The notes under the pieces are model-generated. The model was not told where the DNA came from, made no database searches, and saw only the letters and a list, made by a program, of their open reading frames with translations. Positions 26,603-40,568 of a DNA stretch of 64,000 nt are shown one piece after another; position 1 is the first letter of the stretch, and every line of letters begins with the position of its first letter. Location of the stretch: assembly GCF_009914755.1 (NCBI RefSeq), contig NC_060933.1; one strand, 5' to 3'. The position numbers and the translations under genes are program-made. The stretch is from the human T2T-CHM13v2.0 reference genome, Homo sapiens.

Positions 26603-28699
26603 CAGTGAGGCAGGGGCAGAGCCAGAAGCTATCTCTAGAGGGTGGGGCCCCCAGATGGGCTGGAGCCCAGTGGCGCTGGGGTCCCGCTTTGCCGGGTGAG
26701 GGTCCCTCTGCATCCTGGGGCCGGTCCCCGAGGGCTCGGTAATGGGGCTCCCAGCCAGCCTGCCCCTCCATCATCTGTCTGGCCTGGAGCAGGTGAATCT
26801 GATTCTCCAGGGGCCTCGAACAAAGCCGGGCCCATGCCCCACCCCTCTACCCGCCTGGAGGGTCTCACCCTAAGCTCCACTGGGCTCGGGCTGGAGGCTC
26901 TTCAGCTGCTAAGGAGTTAAAACCTCCCTGGAAATTATCCTGTAATGACCTAATTAAAGACTTCGGGCCACCTACTCTGGGGTGAAAGCTAATAACACAC
27001 GCCCAACAATAATAATCCCAGCGGAGCCCCCCTGTTATTGCCGCAGCCTGGCCCCTTCCCACCAACCTCAGCTGACAGTCTCCCCTGGCCCTGCCTGTGC
27101 AAGCTGTTAGTGACTGGGGAGGGGGGCAGAGGAGGGCTCAGGATGGGACCAAGGGGAGAGGCCCAGGATAGTCAAATTTCCATTGCTGAATATTTAATGA
27201 GGCCCATGCGGTTTATTTGGTTGGCCTGTCGATTTTTATTCTTCTGTCAATAGCTTCTCATATGTGGGGCTGTGATGATCTTTAGCAGGGCCTCTCCAGG
27301 GACGGCTGCCACTAAATGCAATTATGGATTTTATACCTCAATGTGTTTGATATTTCCACTGATCTAATTTGCAGCCTGGTAGTTTATTGTTTGGCATTTT
27401 AATGGCGCTCAAATGCTATGGGAAATTTGATTTCTTTTTATAATTCCTCCTTAACGCAGTTAATGCGGGTGGCGGGATGGCCCAGATTTTAGAGCCCAAT
27501 GTATAGAAAGAAGAAGGGAGGAGGAAAAAAAGAGAACACCCCGTTGTATATATTTAAAGATGTGTCCGTTGAAGGGGGAGCCCTTTGGGCCCTGGGTCCC
27601 AGATGTCTGCTGCTTCCAGAGCGGGGACCTCTGAGGACTGGCCTAGGGAGCTGGGGCTGAGGTGTGGGGGTGCTGGTGGTGGTACCAAGGTTCAGTCAGA
27701 GGGACCAGCGGGCAGCCCTGTGCCTCAGGTATCCTGAGCTCTGCACCCTGTAGGCCTTGGTATGGGACCCCTCCAAGTGGCTTCAGGTGACTGTCCTACC
27801 CAGTCTGGGCAGCTGCAGAGCCAAGAAGGCCAGTCCTTCCACTGGCACCAGTTTTTGTGACCTGTATCTGAGGGCAGGGGCTGCACCAGTCCTGGGCCTT
27901 TGAGGGTGGGGGTGATTCTGTGACATGCCTGTCATGTATGTGACAAGTCCTTGTGGGGTCTCACCATGTTCACCAGATGTGTCCTCTTCCCAAGTTCCCA
28001 GGCCAAGGGTATCTCTGCCTCTGTACCCACCTGTACCTCTCCTTCTTGTCCTGGCCTCCTTGGGAAGGGTAGGTGTGGGAGCATGGCCAGGATAGGCCAG
28101 GGCTGATCACTGTCCCAGAGCTCGGTTCCAGGCTGTGCTGGTCCTTTTTTCAGGCTGGACTGAGGGCAGACAGGATGCTGGCGTCCCAGAGCAAGCTGGA
28201 GGCTCCCACCTCTTCGGGCAGTTCCCCCAAGCTAAGCTTCCTGCTTTCCTGACAGTGAGTCCGCAGGCTGGGTGGCCAGCCAGGGGTGGCCTTCTGCCCT
28301 CAGATAGCAGGGTGGGGTCAGAGGGGACACTCGGAGAGCCATATAGCAGGACAGCTCGGGCCAGACTACCAGCAATTGTTCTGGACTTTCTAAAACAGCC
28401 TCTGGGGAAAAGGAGTTGAGAGAGACTCCAGAAGCACTTCCAAGTGACCTGCCTGGAAGTGACCAGGGGAAACGGTCCAAGACGAGTACACCGAGTTTCT
28501 CCACGAGGCACAGAGCTGAGTAGGCAACCTGGCACGGGGGCATGTGGAAGGAGCTGTGGGAAACAGCCTTGGGCCTTCTGGGGAGGTCTGTGCAGGCTCC
28601 TCTGGCCTGTAGGCCCCGAGTTCTGGTCTGGAAGGTCCCCTTTCCTGGAGCACAGGGGAGCCTGAAGTCCAGGCCTCTGAGATGATAGTCATAATTAAA

Positions 28700-28900
28700 G
28701 CTGCTGTTGACTGAACACTCTCTGTGTGCTGAGCACTGTACTAAGTGCCTTGCAACCATCATCTCTCTGCATCCTCAGGAAGCATAGGTACCATCAGTAT
28801 CCTCATCTTATGGAGGCACAGACTGAGGCTCTGAGAGTTTTATGTCACCTGCCTGAGGTCATAGCTAATAGCAGGAACAGGACATGAACCCATGTCTGCA
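28700..28900 (-). mobile_element. MIR SINE
   Basis: gactgaggctctgagag...cacctgcctgaggtcatagctaa resembles the antisense MIR core. Confidence 0.7.
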
Positions 28901-30993
28901 TATCTTCATGGGCCCTGCACTTAGCCATGGTGCCTGATAGTATGGTCTTCTCGGGCCTGAGCTGGGCTGGGCTGGGTTAGGCGACCACCCCCACCCAGCT
29001 GGGTTCCTCCCTGTCTTGCCACCTCCCGCTTCTGTTCAGCAGCTCAAGTTTCTGTCCTTGAGCCAGTCCCTCCGCTGGAACCCACCACGCTGCTTGCTGA
29101 GCTGCACTGGGGAGGCTCTTTCTTCAAGGGGACTCTCTTCTCCCTCCTCCTGGGGGATTCCAGTCTCACCATCTCTCCCAGGTTTCTGCTGGATCCAATC
29201 CACCTTCCACACAGCTGCTGTCCACAGCACCCAGCCTCTTGCCACTCACGCGTGAGCAATTGTGGTCACAGCTGATGTGCCCCCATCCCAGCGAGGCCCT
29301 GGGCAGAGCACTTCACCCACGTTCTCTCAGAACTCTGTGAGATAGGGACCAGCTTATCCCCATTTTACAGATGACGCAACAGCCTCAGAGCAGACCCATT
29401 CCTGCTGGGGTCCTAGCTAAGATTCACAGCTTCCCCCAACAACCCCTTCGAAGCCCCCACCTGGAACAGTTCTTCCACCCCACAGCTCTGGTGTGTCTCG
29501 TGGCACCTAATGCCAAGGCAGTTTGTGCTCATATGTGTGTCCCTGGCCAGCCTAGGAGGCTGGAGCTGAGTCTGTCCTGCTCGCAGTCTGCCTGCTGCTG
29601 CTACAACAGGGCCTGGCACACCCGGGCCTGGGAAAGATTCCTGAGCACGCAGCTGGCTGAGCGGACCAGTGAGTGCATATGTGTGTGTGAGTGAAGTCCC
29701 CAGATCCTGTGTCCCAAACCTCTCCTCACAGCCATTCCAAGATCTCCTGGCCCCTTCCAGAGAGATTGCAGCCCTGATGCCAGGGCTTCAGGTGGTTCAC
29801 CGTCTTTCTTCCACCCGCCCTCGGTGCTATCACCAGAGCTTCAGTGCCACCCACACTCCCACTTCCCCTGTCTACACTGTTTCCTCCACCAAGAATGCTT
29901 TTTTCCTTCTCTTCACCGGGCAAACTCTGCTTCTCCCAGGTCATCCCCCGAAGAGCCACCCCAGGTTGCCTGGAGGGGCTGGCCCTGCCTCCTCTGGGCA
30001 CCCCCAGCTGTCCCAGCCCTTGTCATGTGGCTTTGCCACCGTCTCCCTCACTGCATGGGTGTTCCCGGAGGGTGGGTCTCTACTGCCATAATATAGACAC
30101 TGGGGAGGGTCTGCTGAGTGAATGGAGTGAAACAAGGGGGAAGAAATGCTTCTGTTGATCATCTTAGATCATTCTCCTTGTCTTGGAGGCATGAGACAGA
30201 CTACCTTTCTGCTCATTCAGAAATTCCCACCCTGGGGTGGAAGGGAAAATGGACTGAAACCCCGTCAGCCCTGGTTGTGGACAGGGACCCCGTCCAGGGA
30301 TGATGGATCTGCAGCCCGGGAAATCGGGAATTGGCCTCACCCTGTGTCTGGGTGTTAAGTGGACTGCGCTCTCTTCCCACCCCCAGTCAGTGAAATCAGA
30401 CCTGAATAATCTGATGTTCCACTTAGGAAAGAAAACAGGATTCCCCAGCCTGGGAGGAGCTGAGGCTGCAGTGGGCAGGGGCACAGCTTGCTGGTGTCAG
30501 TATCAGCCATCAGGGGCCTGATAAGATCTTCACAGCTTGTTATCCCGGGTCAGGCTGACTTGTGTGCACAGCTGGGGGCTAGGGGTGGAGGCTGGGGGGC
30601 AGTTCTCCAGGTAGCTGGATCAGCTCTCAGTAACCTGCCTGTGGTGAGGTGAGGAGCTGGGTACTTTCCAGACAGCTGCAGGAGGAACTGGGGGTCTCAG
30701 GGCCTCTGTCTGCCCCTGGGAGCGCCAACTCTCTTTGAGGCTCAAGTGCACCTTTGATAGAGCCAGCAGAACAGATGAATGGGGATGGCATGGTGCAGTG
30801 GGTCATGCAGACTCGGCAGTGTGACCCTGGCTCAGTCACTGCCCACTGTGAGTCCTTGGGCAACTCACAAAACCTCTCTGAACCTCCGTTGCCTCCTCTC
30901 TAACTGGGGAGCACAATCTGTACTCCCCTAGATTGTTGACAAGATTTAGTGATATCCTGTTTGTCCCTGACACAGCTGAGCAGCTCAACAAAT

Positions 30994-31128
30994 TAGGTGT
31001 ACATAGCAATCATTCATTATCCCAGCTGGGACACTTTTGGGCAAAAGGGGATGTCATTAGTAATTATGCTGGGACCACAAGTATAAGCCAGGACTGTCCT
31101 GAGCATCCTGGGATCTCTGGTCACCTGT
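30994..31128 (+). mobile_element. MER81-like hAT-Blackjack DNA transposon fossil
   Basis: gggacacttttg...aaggggatgtcattagtaattatgctgggaccaca...ggactgtcc...tggtcacc matches my recollection of the MER81 consensus. Confidence 0.7.
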
Positions 31129-31244
31129 CAGTACAGGGCCACAGGGTGTGTCCGTGGACTCCCTTGTGTTTCCCCAGTACTTGGTGGTGGTTGAAGGGCT
31201 TCTGGGGTCTTGAAAAGGAATTAACTCGAATCAATACTGTATAA

Positions 31245-31420
31245 CCTTTATGGAGCACTTCTTGTGTGCCAGGCACTGTGTTTTCTCATTGAATTGTCAC
31301 AGTAGCCCTACCAGGTAGACGCCACTTTCATGCCCACTTTGCACATGAGGAAACTGAGGCTCGGGGTCAAGTGACTTGCCAAGGTCTCACAGCCAGAAAG
31401 TGGCAGAACTAGAAACAGGT
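31245..31420 (-). mobile_element. MIR SINE
   Basis: catgaggaaactgaggctc...aagtgacttgccaaggtctcacagccagaaagtggcaga. Confidence 0.85.
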
Positions 31421-33699
31421 CTGGCCAGCTCCACCAAGGGAGTCTCAGTCACTGGCCCGCACTGCCCAGCAGCAGAGAGGAGAAGAGGCCCGGCTGATAA
31501 AGGCCATCTGGAGGCCAGGTGGGAGTCATCTCACCCTGCCAGGTAACGGGGCTGGTGGGCCCGCGCTGGTCTCTCCGGGTCCTCGGTGTCCTGTGCCCCC
31601 ACCGGGGGGTATCTGCTGAAGTCGTTTCCCAGGCTGGAGAGTCTCCCCCATCAGCTCAGCAGCTGTCAGGATTAAAGAATGAGATGAGGAGAGAAATCCA
31701 TAAAGTGCGAGTTTGGAAAAACCTGTTTGTTGGGTGAGCTATTGATCGACCGACTGGCCCTTCCCAAGTCAGCATTTAAGCTTTAATGGCCAGCAGAGGA
31801 TGGTGGAGTCAGGCTCAGAAGAGGGAGGGGGGAAAGTTCACTCTCTCCCACACTATTCTTCTCCCGCATAACTGGCTCCCTTCTCTAGGACGGGGGTAGG
31901 GAGTGCCCGCCCTTCCCGCAGCCTTAGGACAGTTATCTTTGGGGATCAATTGTTCCCTAGTCTAAGGCTCCTTGTTTAATTCTGCAAAGCCCCATGGCCC
32001 CCTGCATTGTGGGATTATAGAGTGAAATGCTCAGAGTGGTCCCTCCATGAAACAGGGCTCGGGGAAGATAATGGCTTTGCCCTCTGGCTCAGCCGAGTGA
32101 GAACTCTACTTTGCCACTTCCTGGCCGTGTCCCTGCCCTTCCCTGAGCCTCGGCTTCCCTGTCTGTAAAATGGGACCACCACCTTCGCAGGGTATGTAGT
32201 CGGGGGTTGAAGCTGATGGAAGTTCCTGGCTGCAGCTTCCTTAGGCGGGAGCTGGTGGAGACAGGCGTGTTTCACCTGGGATTCTCTCAACCAAGACAGG
32301 CCCTTTCAGCAATTCTGTTGAGTTCCTCAGAATCCCTGCCAAGCGCTGACAAGGACGGAGGGCCTGGGGGCTTCTCCTGCCCTCCCAGCCCACCTGCTGT
32401 CAGTCTGCCGTGATAGAGCCCCCACCCTATGGAGACACTCGGCTCCCCTGTCCCACCTGGCCCAGCGGCATAGGCGTCCTGCCACGCTGTGTTGTTCCAG
32501 CTCGCTTTGAATCGCGTTCATCTGGCTGGGTTCCCCCCCTACCACCCACCACCGCCCCACTGGAGGTCCATGTGGAAGACCATCGCTCAGACCAGGGATC
32601 TCACCTCCCAGAGACCACCTCTCCCAGACACCACTCCAGATGGGCACCTTTCTCCAGAACTCTGCACTTGATCCCTGGCAGACCCGTTCACTGGCATCTC
32701 CCCTGGGCCTAGTCAGCCCTGTGGAGGGACACAGGAAGGACTCAGACCCGGAGCCTGTCCTTGGGGAGCACCCAGTCTTGTCAGTCTTGTGAGGGAGACA
32801 TACATGGGATCCCAAATCCCTGCTGTACTTCAGGTCTGTCCTCCAGCCAGGCAGGGAGCAGGGCCATCTCTAACCCACCCCTTCTTGCAAGGGACATCGT
32901 TCCCAAGCTGAGCACAGACTGAATTTCAACCCACTCACTCCTCCGAGGAGCATCTTGTTCAGTGAACAACCTACACAACCACATAGGGCAGCCTGCTGGG
33001 GGAAGATCCTCGGAGGAGAAGTCAACAGTGTAGATCCCTTAAGTCAGAGATGCTGCTGGCAAGGCTGAGGGTGGAAGACCTGCCCTCCAGGAGCCTTGAG
33101 CACACAAGGAGGGAGGTCAGGGGATGATGTCTCTGGAGAACCATTCCAGGAGGAGCTAGCGAGGAAGTGGGCTTTGTCCTCGGAATTCATGGATTCCATG
33201 TTTAAGAGTTGGAGTTGACTCTCGAGTCCAAAGGGAGCCACAGGGGATTTCCAGCAAGAGAGCTCTGGAACCCCAACTGCTTTGTGGAGGATGGGGTGGG
33301 GGAGAAGCCGCTGAGGGAGGGAGGTCAGGAAAACAGCCCCACCGTGCCCCTGAGATAGAAGTCCAGTGAGGGTAGGGCCTGCTCTGGCTCTCAGAACATG
33401 CTTGGTACCATATCTGCCACCTAGTAGGCATTTGAGAAATACTTCCTGAGCCGATTATTAAACCAGGGGAAAGGGTTAGAATCCTAGCTCACTTCTCCTC
33501 ATTTAAGGCCTGAGATCCCTGCCTTCTTGGCAGTGTGATTAGGGGCAGAATATTGGGCTAAACTCTGTTCCTCCTCTCAGAAAACCTCTTTTTGCTCTAT
33601 GTTGATATGAAGTGACATGTCAGGGTAAAATATGGATGACAAGAGGGAAGTCTGCATATCTAAAAAAGCAGGAAGGTGTGCCTGATCCCTCCCACTCTC

Positions 33700-33880
33700 A
33701 TTTGTCCATCCACCTACCTACTCATCCAGCCACCTACCTATCCATCCATCTACCTACCCATCCATCCATCTACCTACCCATCCACCCATCTATCCGCTTA
33801 TCCGCCTACCTGTCCATCAATCTACCCATCCATCCATCCATCCATCCATCCAGCCCTCCCTCTGTCTTTCCATCCATGCA
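33700..33880 (+). repeat. Degenerate (CCAT/CTAC)n tetranucleotide repeat
   Basis: ccatccatctacctacccatccatcc... visible directly. Confidence 0.9.
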
Positions 33881-34490
33881 GTAGTCACTCAGGATCCACT
33901 TCATACAGACCCCATGTTAGGCAAATAAAGATACAGTGAAACCTACAGGCATCACCTGCCCTCGGGGGCCCACAGTCCAGGGGAGAGATTGACTGTCCAG
34001 GTGGCCAGGTGCAGCCTGCCCCTCTCCCGTGGGGCCAGAGCCAGGTTGCGCCCCTGTAAGATGAGCCCCTCAGCCCCTGGGTTCTACTTCTGGTGGATGA
34101 GCAGAGTCTGCCAGAGACTGTGTTCCCAGAACCAGACTCTTGGTCCAATCAGCAAATCTTTGTCAAGCTCCTGCCCTGTGCAGACCCTGCCCTTTCACTG
34201 AGACACAGCAGACAAGGTTCCTGTTCATACTCACCCTCTGCTCCTTGTGCTGGCTCTGGAATCGCTAAGGTACATTGAACAACCGGCTCCTAACACTGAG
34301 GTCACAGTCTAACAAGGGGGTAGGGGGTGGAACACACAATGTGATAGGTGCTCTAGCATTAAGGTTCAAGGGGTCGTTAAAAGGAAAGACTAACACATTT
34401 TGCTTTGGTGGATCAGGGAAGGTCTTATGTAAGAGGAAACAAATGAGATCACTCTTTTGACCAAATATTGTTTTAAAAATTATTACAAAA

Positions 34491-34651
34491 GCAGTATGGT
34501 GCACACCTGTTCCCAGCCAGTCAGGAGACAGGCTGGCGGATCGCTTGAGCCCAGGAGTTCAAGTCTGCAGTGTGCTATGATGGCACCTGTGAATAGCCAC
34601 TGCACTCCAGCCTGAGCAACAGAGTGAGACTCCATCTCAAGAAAAAAAAAA
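34491..34651 (+). mobile_element. FAM (fossil Alu monomer)
   Basis: Single monomer with the 7SL-like segment gctatgat...ctgtgaatagccactgcactccagcctgagcaac and an A-tail. Confidence 0.85.
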
Positions 34652-36859
34652 TGCTAGGAAAAATTCAAATAATACAGACTATATAAGCAAAGAAATGAAA
34701 GATCCTTCCCCCTACTCCAAGCCTAGTCCCTGAAGATAAACTCCCTTAGAAGGTGGAATAACTTCCTCTGGACATCGTTCGACACATTTACATTCTGTTC
34801 TACATGCATAACTTTGGGACACGCCGGGACCGTGCTGCACATGCTTTTTGGCAGCTTGCATTTTTCACTTGCCCGTTCCTTTCACCTTGGCGCCTTCAGC
34901 TCCTCCTCACTGTGCACCGGCATAGTGTTCATTTAACTAGTCCCCTGATGATGGACAGTGGGGTTTGCATCCTGGCCTTTTGACCCCTTGACTTTCACTC
35001 AAATCTGCCTGGTTTAAGAATGGTCAGTGGCTCAGGGTGCTGAAGTGTTGTGTGCTTCAGGGGGAAATCCATGACCCAGCAGTTCCTTCCAGGAAGCCAC
35101 GCAGGGAGGACCCTTGGAACTGATGGCTCCTGCACAGGGCAGTGTGGAGCCCTGGCCCAAGCATGAGGTTACTAGCTTCTTGGGGAAGCCCAGGGATGTT
35201 AGCGCAACCCCAGGCCCAACTCCGCAAGCCCACACTGTGTCCTTTGGGAAATGAGAAGCCTCGAGCAGCCAGCCTGAGGCAGTTCCAGGCATGGACTGGG
35301 TGAGTTCACAGGGACACAGACCTCTCTCCCCAGAGATCCGACATCTGCCTCCAACCCTCCATCCTCCTGTCCCCAGGGAGCTGCCGTCTGTGCCCTCCCA
35401 CTCTGCTCTCCTGACCCTGGCAGCTCCCTGGGTGATGGGAAAGGCAGCTTTCCAGCTGGTGGCCCTGACTCTATGCACAATGCATTTTTATTTTTTCAGC
35501 ACGTTGTGAAATTCATAACTCCCAGTAATGACTTCCTCACTGAACTGGGAAAAGGGAAGGGGAGAAAAAGGGCCTATAAGAAAAATGAACCGTGGCAGGC
35601 GTGGACTCCATTTGTAACAATATGGAAATTGATCGTTGAGTCAGAGGAAAGTTTGCTTAGCTGTGCTCGGCACTAATAGCCGGGAACATTAGTGAACCCA
35701 GGGAATGAGTTATAGGCGCATTAAGGAGGCTTCGAGGCTCCCTAGCCTCCCTCGAAGGCAGGTCCCAGCCCTGCGGGTCTGCCCACCCTGGCACTGGCTC
35801 CTTCCTGCCCTGGGAGAACCAGGCCAGGCTCTGTGCTAGAGAAAAATGCAAGCACCATCTTGATGGAGTGTTGGGGGCGGGACCCGGCTTCAAATCTCAA
35901 CTCCTCCCTCCTGTGAGCTGTGGTACCCAGGGCAGGTGACTTGGCTTCTCCCAGTCTTGATTTTCTCATCCGTAAAATGGTGTTAATTATCCATCTCAGG
36001 GGGCATGAGAGGACTGGGGACGATCATTAATATAAAGCAAGGAGCACAGAGATTGGGCATGTTGGTGGCACAGCAAGCTGGATGGATAGATCGATGGACA
36101 GGTACATGAGTGATGACTCTTCAGGTGAAGATGAGGCCTGGAATCTGGGGGATGCTGGGCTGCCCGTTGGAGGCACCAGGGGTGGCAAGGCTGCCTAGGA
36201 CCATAGAGGTTACCAGGACTGAGGGGGCTGTGACAGTAGGGACTGAAAGTTGGGACCAGGTAATTGGGTGGAGGGAGGCAATGGCTTGCAGCCTCCTCTG
36301 CACGTGGTCAACTCCCAGAGGCAGAGCTCCACCCGGATCAGGCCATGCCGCACGGGAAGCTCTGCTGGTCCTTTAGAAGCAGCATGATCTGAAGTCATGG
36401 TCCTTACACCCGCCCATCCAGAACCTGGCCTGCTTGCCTGCTTCCTGTCTTGGTGAGAGGCACCTACCATCTTCCCAGGTACTTAGGTCTAAGCTACCTG
36501 TATCTTCCTTGTTGCTCCCTCTCCCTCACCTACAGGCTGACCATTTGACCCCCTGACCATCACTCAAATCTGTCCCCTTCTCTCCATCCCCTTCACCTCC
36601 CCTATCCCAGGCCTCCCCATCCCTCCTCTGAACAACTGCATCAACCTCTTCCTGGCCTCCCTGCCTGCTGTCTGCCTCCCCGGCCCTGAAGTCAGAGTGA
36701 ACTTTTTTAAGGTCTGACCCTGTCACTTGCTTGCTTAAAAGCCTTCCATGCTCTTATCACCCTTTCAGGGACTCAAGACCTCTAGGAATCTTCCAGAGGC
36801 ATCTCTCCTGCTTTTCCTCCCTGCGTCCTCCCAGCCCCGTCCCTTGTGTGCTCTAGAAC

Positions 36860-37048
36860 CAGAGTTCTCCAACTCAAGCAGGCCTCAGAATCCCCTGGCA
36901 AGCCTGTTCAACTATGGATTGGCACCGCTACTTTCCCAGAGTTTCTGATTTAGTGAGTCTGGGCTGGGGCCCAAGAATTTGCATATCTAACAAGATCCCA
37001 GGTGATGCTGAGGCCACTGATGGGGGAACCTCATCTTGAGAACCTCTG
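36860..37048. mobile_element. MER5A-like hAT-Charlie element
   Basis: cagagttctc...cagagtttctgatttagtgagtctggg...gaatttgcatatctaacaagatcccaggtgatgctga...ttgagaacctctg, with terminal inverted ends. Confidence 0.85.
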
Positions 37049-37051
37049 TTG

Positions 37052-37352
37052 TTTTATTTTTATTTTTTTGAGACAGGGTCTTGCTCTGTCCCCCAGGCTG
37101 GAGTGCAGTGGCGCAGTCTTGGCTCACTGCCATCTCTGCCTCTTGGACTCAAGTGATCCTCCCCATCTCAGCCTCCCAAGTAGCTGGGACTATGGGCATA
37201 TGCCACCATGCCTGGCTAATTTTTGTATTTTTGTGTAGAGACCAGGTTTCGCCATCTTTCCCAGGCTAGTCTCAAACTCCTGAGCTCAAGCAATCTGCCC
37301 ACCTTGGCCTCCCAAAGTGCTAGGATTACAGGTGTGAGCCACCGAGCCTGGC
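37052..37352 (-). mobile_element. Antisense Alu, AluJ-like
   Basis: T-rich tail followed by gagacagggtcttgctctg...ctcctgagctcaagcaatc...gcctggc. Confidence 0.92.
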
Positions 37353-40300
37353 AGAGAACCACTGGTGCAAGCACAACAAATTTTGTACTGTTCTCAAACA
37401 TCAGTTCCATCCCTGCTTGCGAAGCTTGGCACCTGCTGTGCCTGCTGTTGAGAATGTTCCTTCTTCCCCTTCTCAGCTTGGTGAGCCCCTGTTCATCCTC
37501 TCCTACATCCCCCAGCAGAGGCAGCAGCCAGGAGCCCCTCTGTTCAGCAGCCTTTTGTCTCTGTTTGTCCCACATGCTGGGGACTCCTGAGCCCACTGAG
37601 GAGGGCTGGGCATAGGAGACTTCAGATAAGGAGCTTCCTGCCCTGCCCCGAAGTCGGTGGCATGTTCTGGCACGTCAAGTGAGGGACTTGGCCGCCAGGG
37701 ATGTGGGCCATCTGTAGGGTCACAGACCTTGGTCATCTTTTCTAGGGGCCAGAGGGAGCAGAGGCCTCTGGGAAGCCGAGACCAGAGCTGCAGCTCTGAC
37801 CGGTCAGCTGAGAGGCAGGCGGGAGCTCCGAGGGGGCAGCCTTGTTTTGTTTTAATCATGGGTGAGATGCTGATGTGGCCCTCCCTGGGGACGATAAAGG
37901 GGAGGCCAGCCCCATGGGCGGTGGAGGCGCTTCTGCAAACAGCGAGGGAAACCCGAGTCAGCAGCGGCCAGGGAGAAGGACCAGTTGTCCTGGAAAGAGG
38001 ATGTTAATGACACCGGAGGGCAGCGGGAAAGCCCCAGGCAGGCCTGGTGGCCCCCTCGCTCCTGGCCTCTCGGCACTGCCCACCACTCAGGCCAGCCCCT
38101 CTCCCTTCCTGAGGCCAGTGTGGCCGGGGCAGGCAGGAGCCCGCTAGGAGCCTCCAAGCCGCTGGAAGTTGTTGGCTGCAGCAAAACTTGCTGCGCATCC
38201 TTTCTGTGGGTGCCCTGGGCGGCCCTCGGCAGGCAGGGAAACTGCTCGCCATACCTATTTTAAACACCAGTGTAATGGTTTATGGCCCATAGAGGGATAA
38301 TTACGGAGTGCAGAACCCAGCTTTTATGGCCCCTCCTCCCCGGGGCACACTTAGAGAACAGTATGTGTCATGTAGCCAATTTAGATAATGATTCTGATAA
38401 AGATAAACGGAATTGTTTATTATAAGTAATTGAGTCTGCTAAGGCCCAGATGAGGCGGTGATGGGGAAGGACTCCTAGGATGTGGGGACATGGGGACAGG
38501 TCCTGGATGGGGCTCCAGGGTGGAGGAGAAGGGCCTGCCCCTCTCTCCCTCCCCATCTCTCTCTCTCTCTCCCTCCCCATCTCTCTCTCTCTCCCTCCTT
38601 CTCTCCGTGCTGGGGCTGACTGATCCTCCTCCATCCCGGGCAGAGGCTGCTCCTGGGCATAAATAAATCATGGGGTTTTCTGTTGAGTCAGCTGAGTGGG
38701 GGAGGCACCTGGAAGGAGGGACTGGGGGGGGTGGCTCCAAGCTGCCCCGGGAAGGGCAGCCTGGCCTATCTGTCCCCAGACCCCGAGGGCTGCCATCCTC
38801 CTCAGCAGGCAGCTGGCAGGTGCAAGGGGTGGGGCACAGGGGGCGGGGGTCAGCCCAGAGCTGAGACTGCAGGGTTGTCTCAAGGGGACAGCGGCCTCCT
38901 GTTGGGGGTCTTTGTGAAGGATAAACAAAACGAAGGGCCTTGGAGCCCACCTTCTTCTCCCCCCCTCCCAACAACACACACACCTGAGACCTCTAATTAC
39001 GCCTTAGCCCCAGGCAGGGCCATGGGAACGCTGCCCTGTAACCCACTGCCTGACCCCTCTCCCCTGGGCCCCGCTCCTCTCCTGAGGCCGACTCAGTTCT
39101 CACTGCAGGGAGGAGAGGGGTCCCACAGACCCAGATTCAGGAACATGGGGTGCTCAGAAATTAGAGCCTCTGAGAACAGGGTCCCTGTCCCCAGCATCTC
39201 TGAGATGAGGATCCCACAGACCAGGGTCTGAGCTGGGAGTTCAACAGGCGGGGTCTGCTCTGAGGAATCCGACAAACTGGTGAGTCCCCTATGAGTAGGA
39301 CCCTACAAGCCAGGGGCCTAGGTGGAGGATCCCACAATCTAGTTTGAACAGGGACCCTACCAGCCAGGGCCATCGAGACAAAAAGAAACCCAAATCAAAC
39401 CACAAGCCTCGGTAGTGGCCAGAGATGGGGGGGGGCCTGCCTGCGGTGGGATACTCCAAGGCTTGGGGGTCCCAACAGCCAGGACCCTTGAGGCAGGGTC
39501 CTCACAACAGAGATCCAGTGGCCCCTCAGACCCAGGTGGAGGGGCCCGGCTTGGCTGCCTGAGGCTGCAGCTCTCCCGATTGAAACCCAAACCGGAGGAG
39601 CTGCCTGTCACGGTGCCTGTGATCCTGTGATCCGAGGCATGATTGAGAGGGGGCGCGGCAGGAGGGGGCTGCAGGCCCCCAGGCAGCCCCTGTGTGGAGC
39701 AGCAGGAGTCTGAGGAGGAGAAGGGGGGGGGGATTTTCTCTTTCTTCCCGGCCTGCTTATCTGATCACAGAGGAGGGAAGGGCTCCCGTTCAAAGGCAGT
39801 CTCCTTATCAGCTGGGGGTTTGTTTGGAACGATAACTGCACCTGGCAGGGAAGCCTTCCTGCAGGTGGGGGTGCGGCCGCATGGGCGGGGCTGGCTCCAG
39901 GGTGTGTGTGTCCACACGGGAACGTGGCTACCGCTAATGCTACGTGAATGTGCATCCCATGGTCTTCGTGTGTGCAGGTCTGTCCTCCGTGTGTACACAT
40001 CTCCAGGCCAGTTTGTGCTCCCACCTGTGCGTGACTGTGTGTGTGTGTGGATGGGCACAGAGTACATCTGCCCTCGGCACAGGAGAAAGAAGGGACTCAG
40101 ATCTGGGCCTGGACTGGACTGGGCACTGCTTGGCGTCCACATGATGGGGGTCCCTGCCAATCCCACCCATGTCCTGTCTCCAGAGTGAAGTACCTGGAGC
40201 CTGTGGGAACAAGGGGATGGGTCAGGAGCAGAGGTTGTGACATCACAGTTCACTTGTGGGCACAGCAGGGACAATGGGGAAGAGGCTCCATGGATGCTGA

Positions 40301-40568
40301 GGTGTAGCCCCAGCGGGTGTTGATGGAGAAGAAAAGAGCCTGTGGAGAGGCCAAGGCACGGGCCAGATCAGGGGAGCAGGATGGGCCAGCTGAGGGCTGG
40401 GCAAGACTGAAAACAAACCCAGCAAAAGGGCCCAGGGTTGCCTGAAGATAGGAACAGAGCGGTGCCTGGGTCTTTTTGTGCTAGGAGCTGATTTAGCTTA
40501 AAACACATCCCCCCATCCCAAACCCAAACCCATTCCCCTCTGTGTTTTGTTTTGTTTCAAGTAGATGC

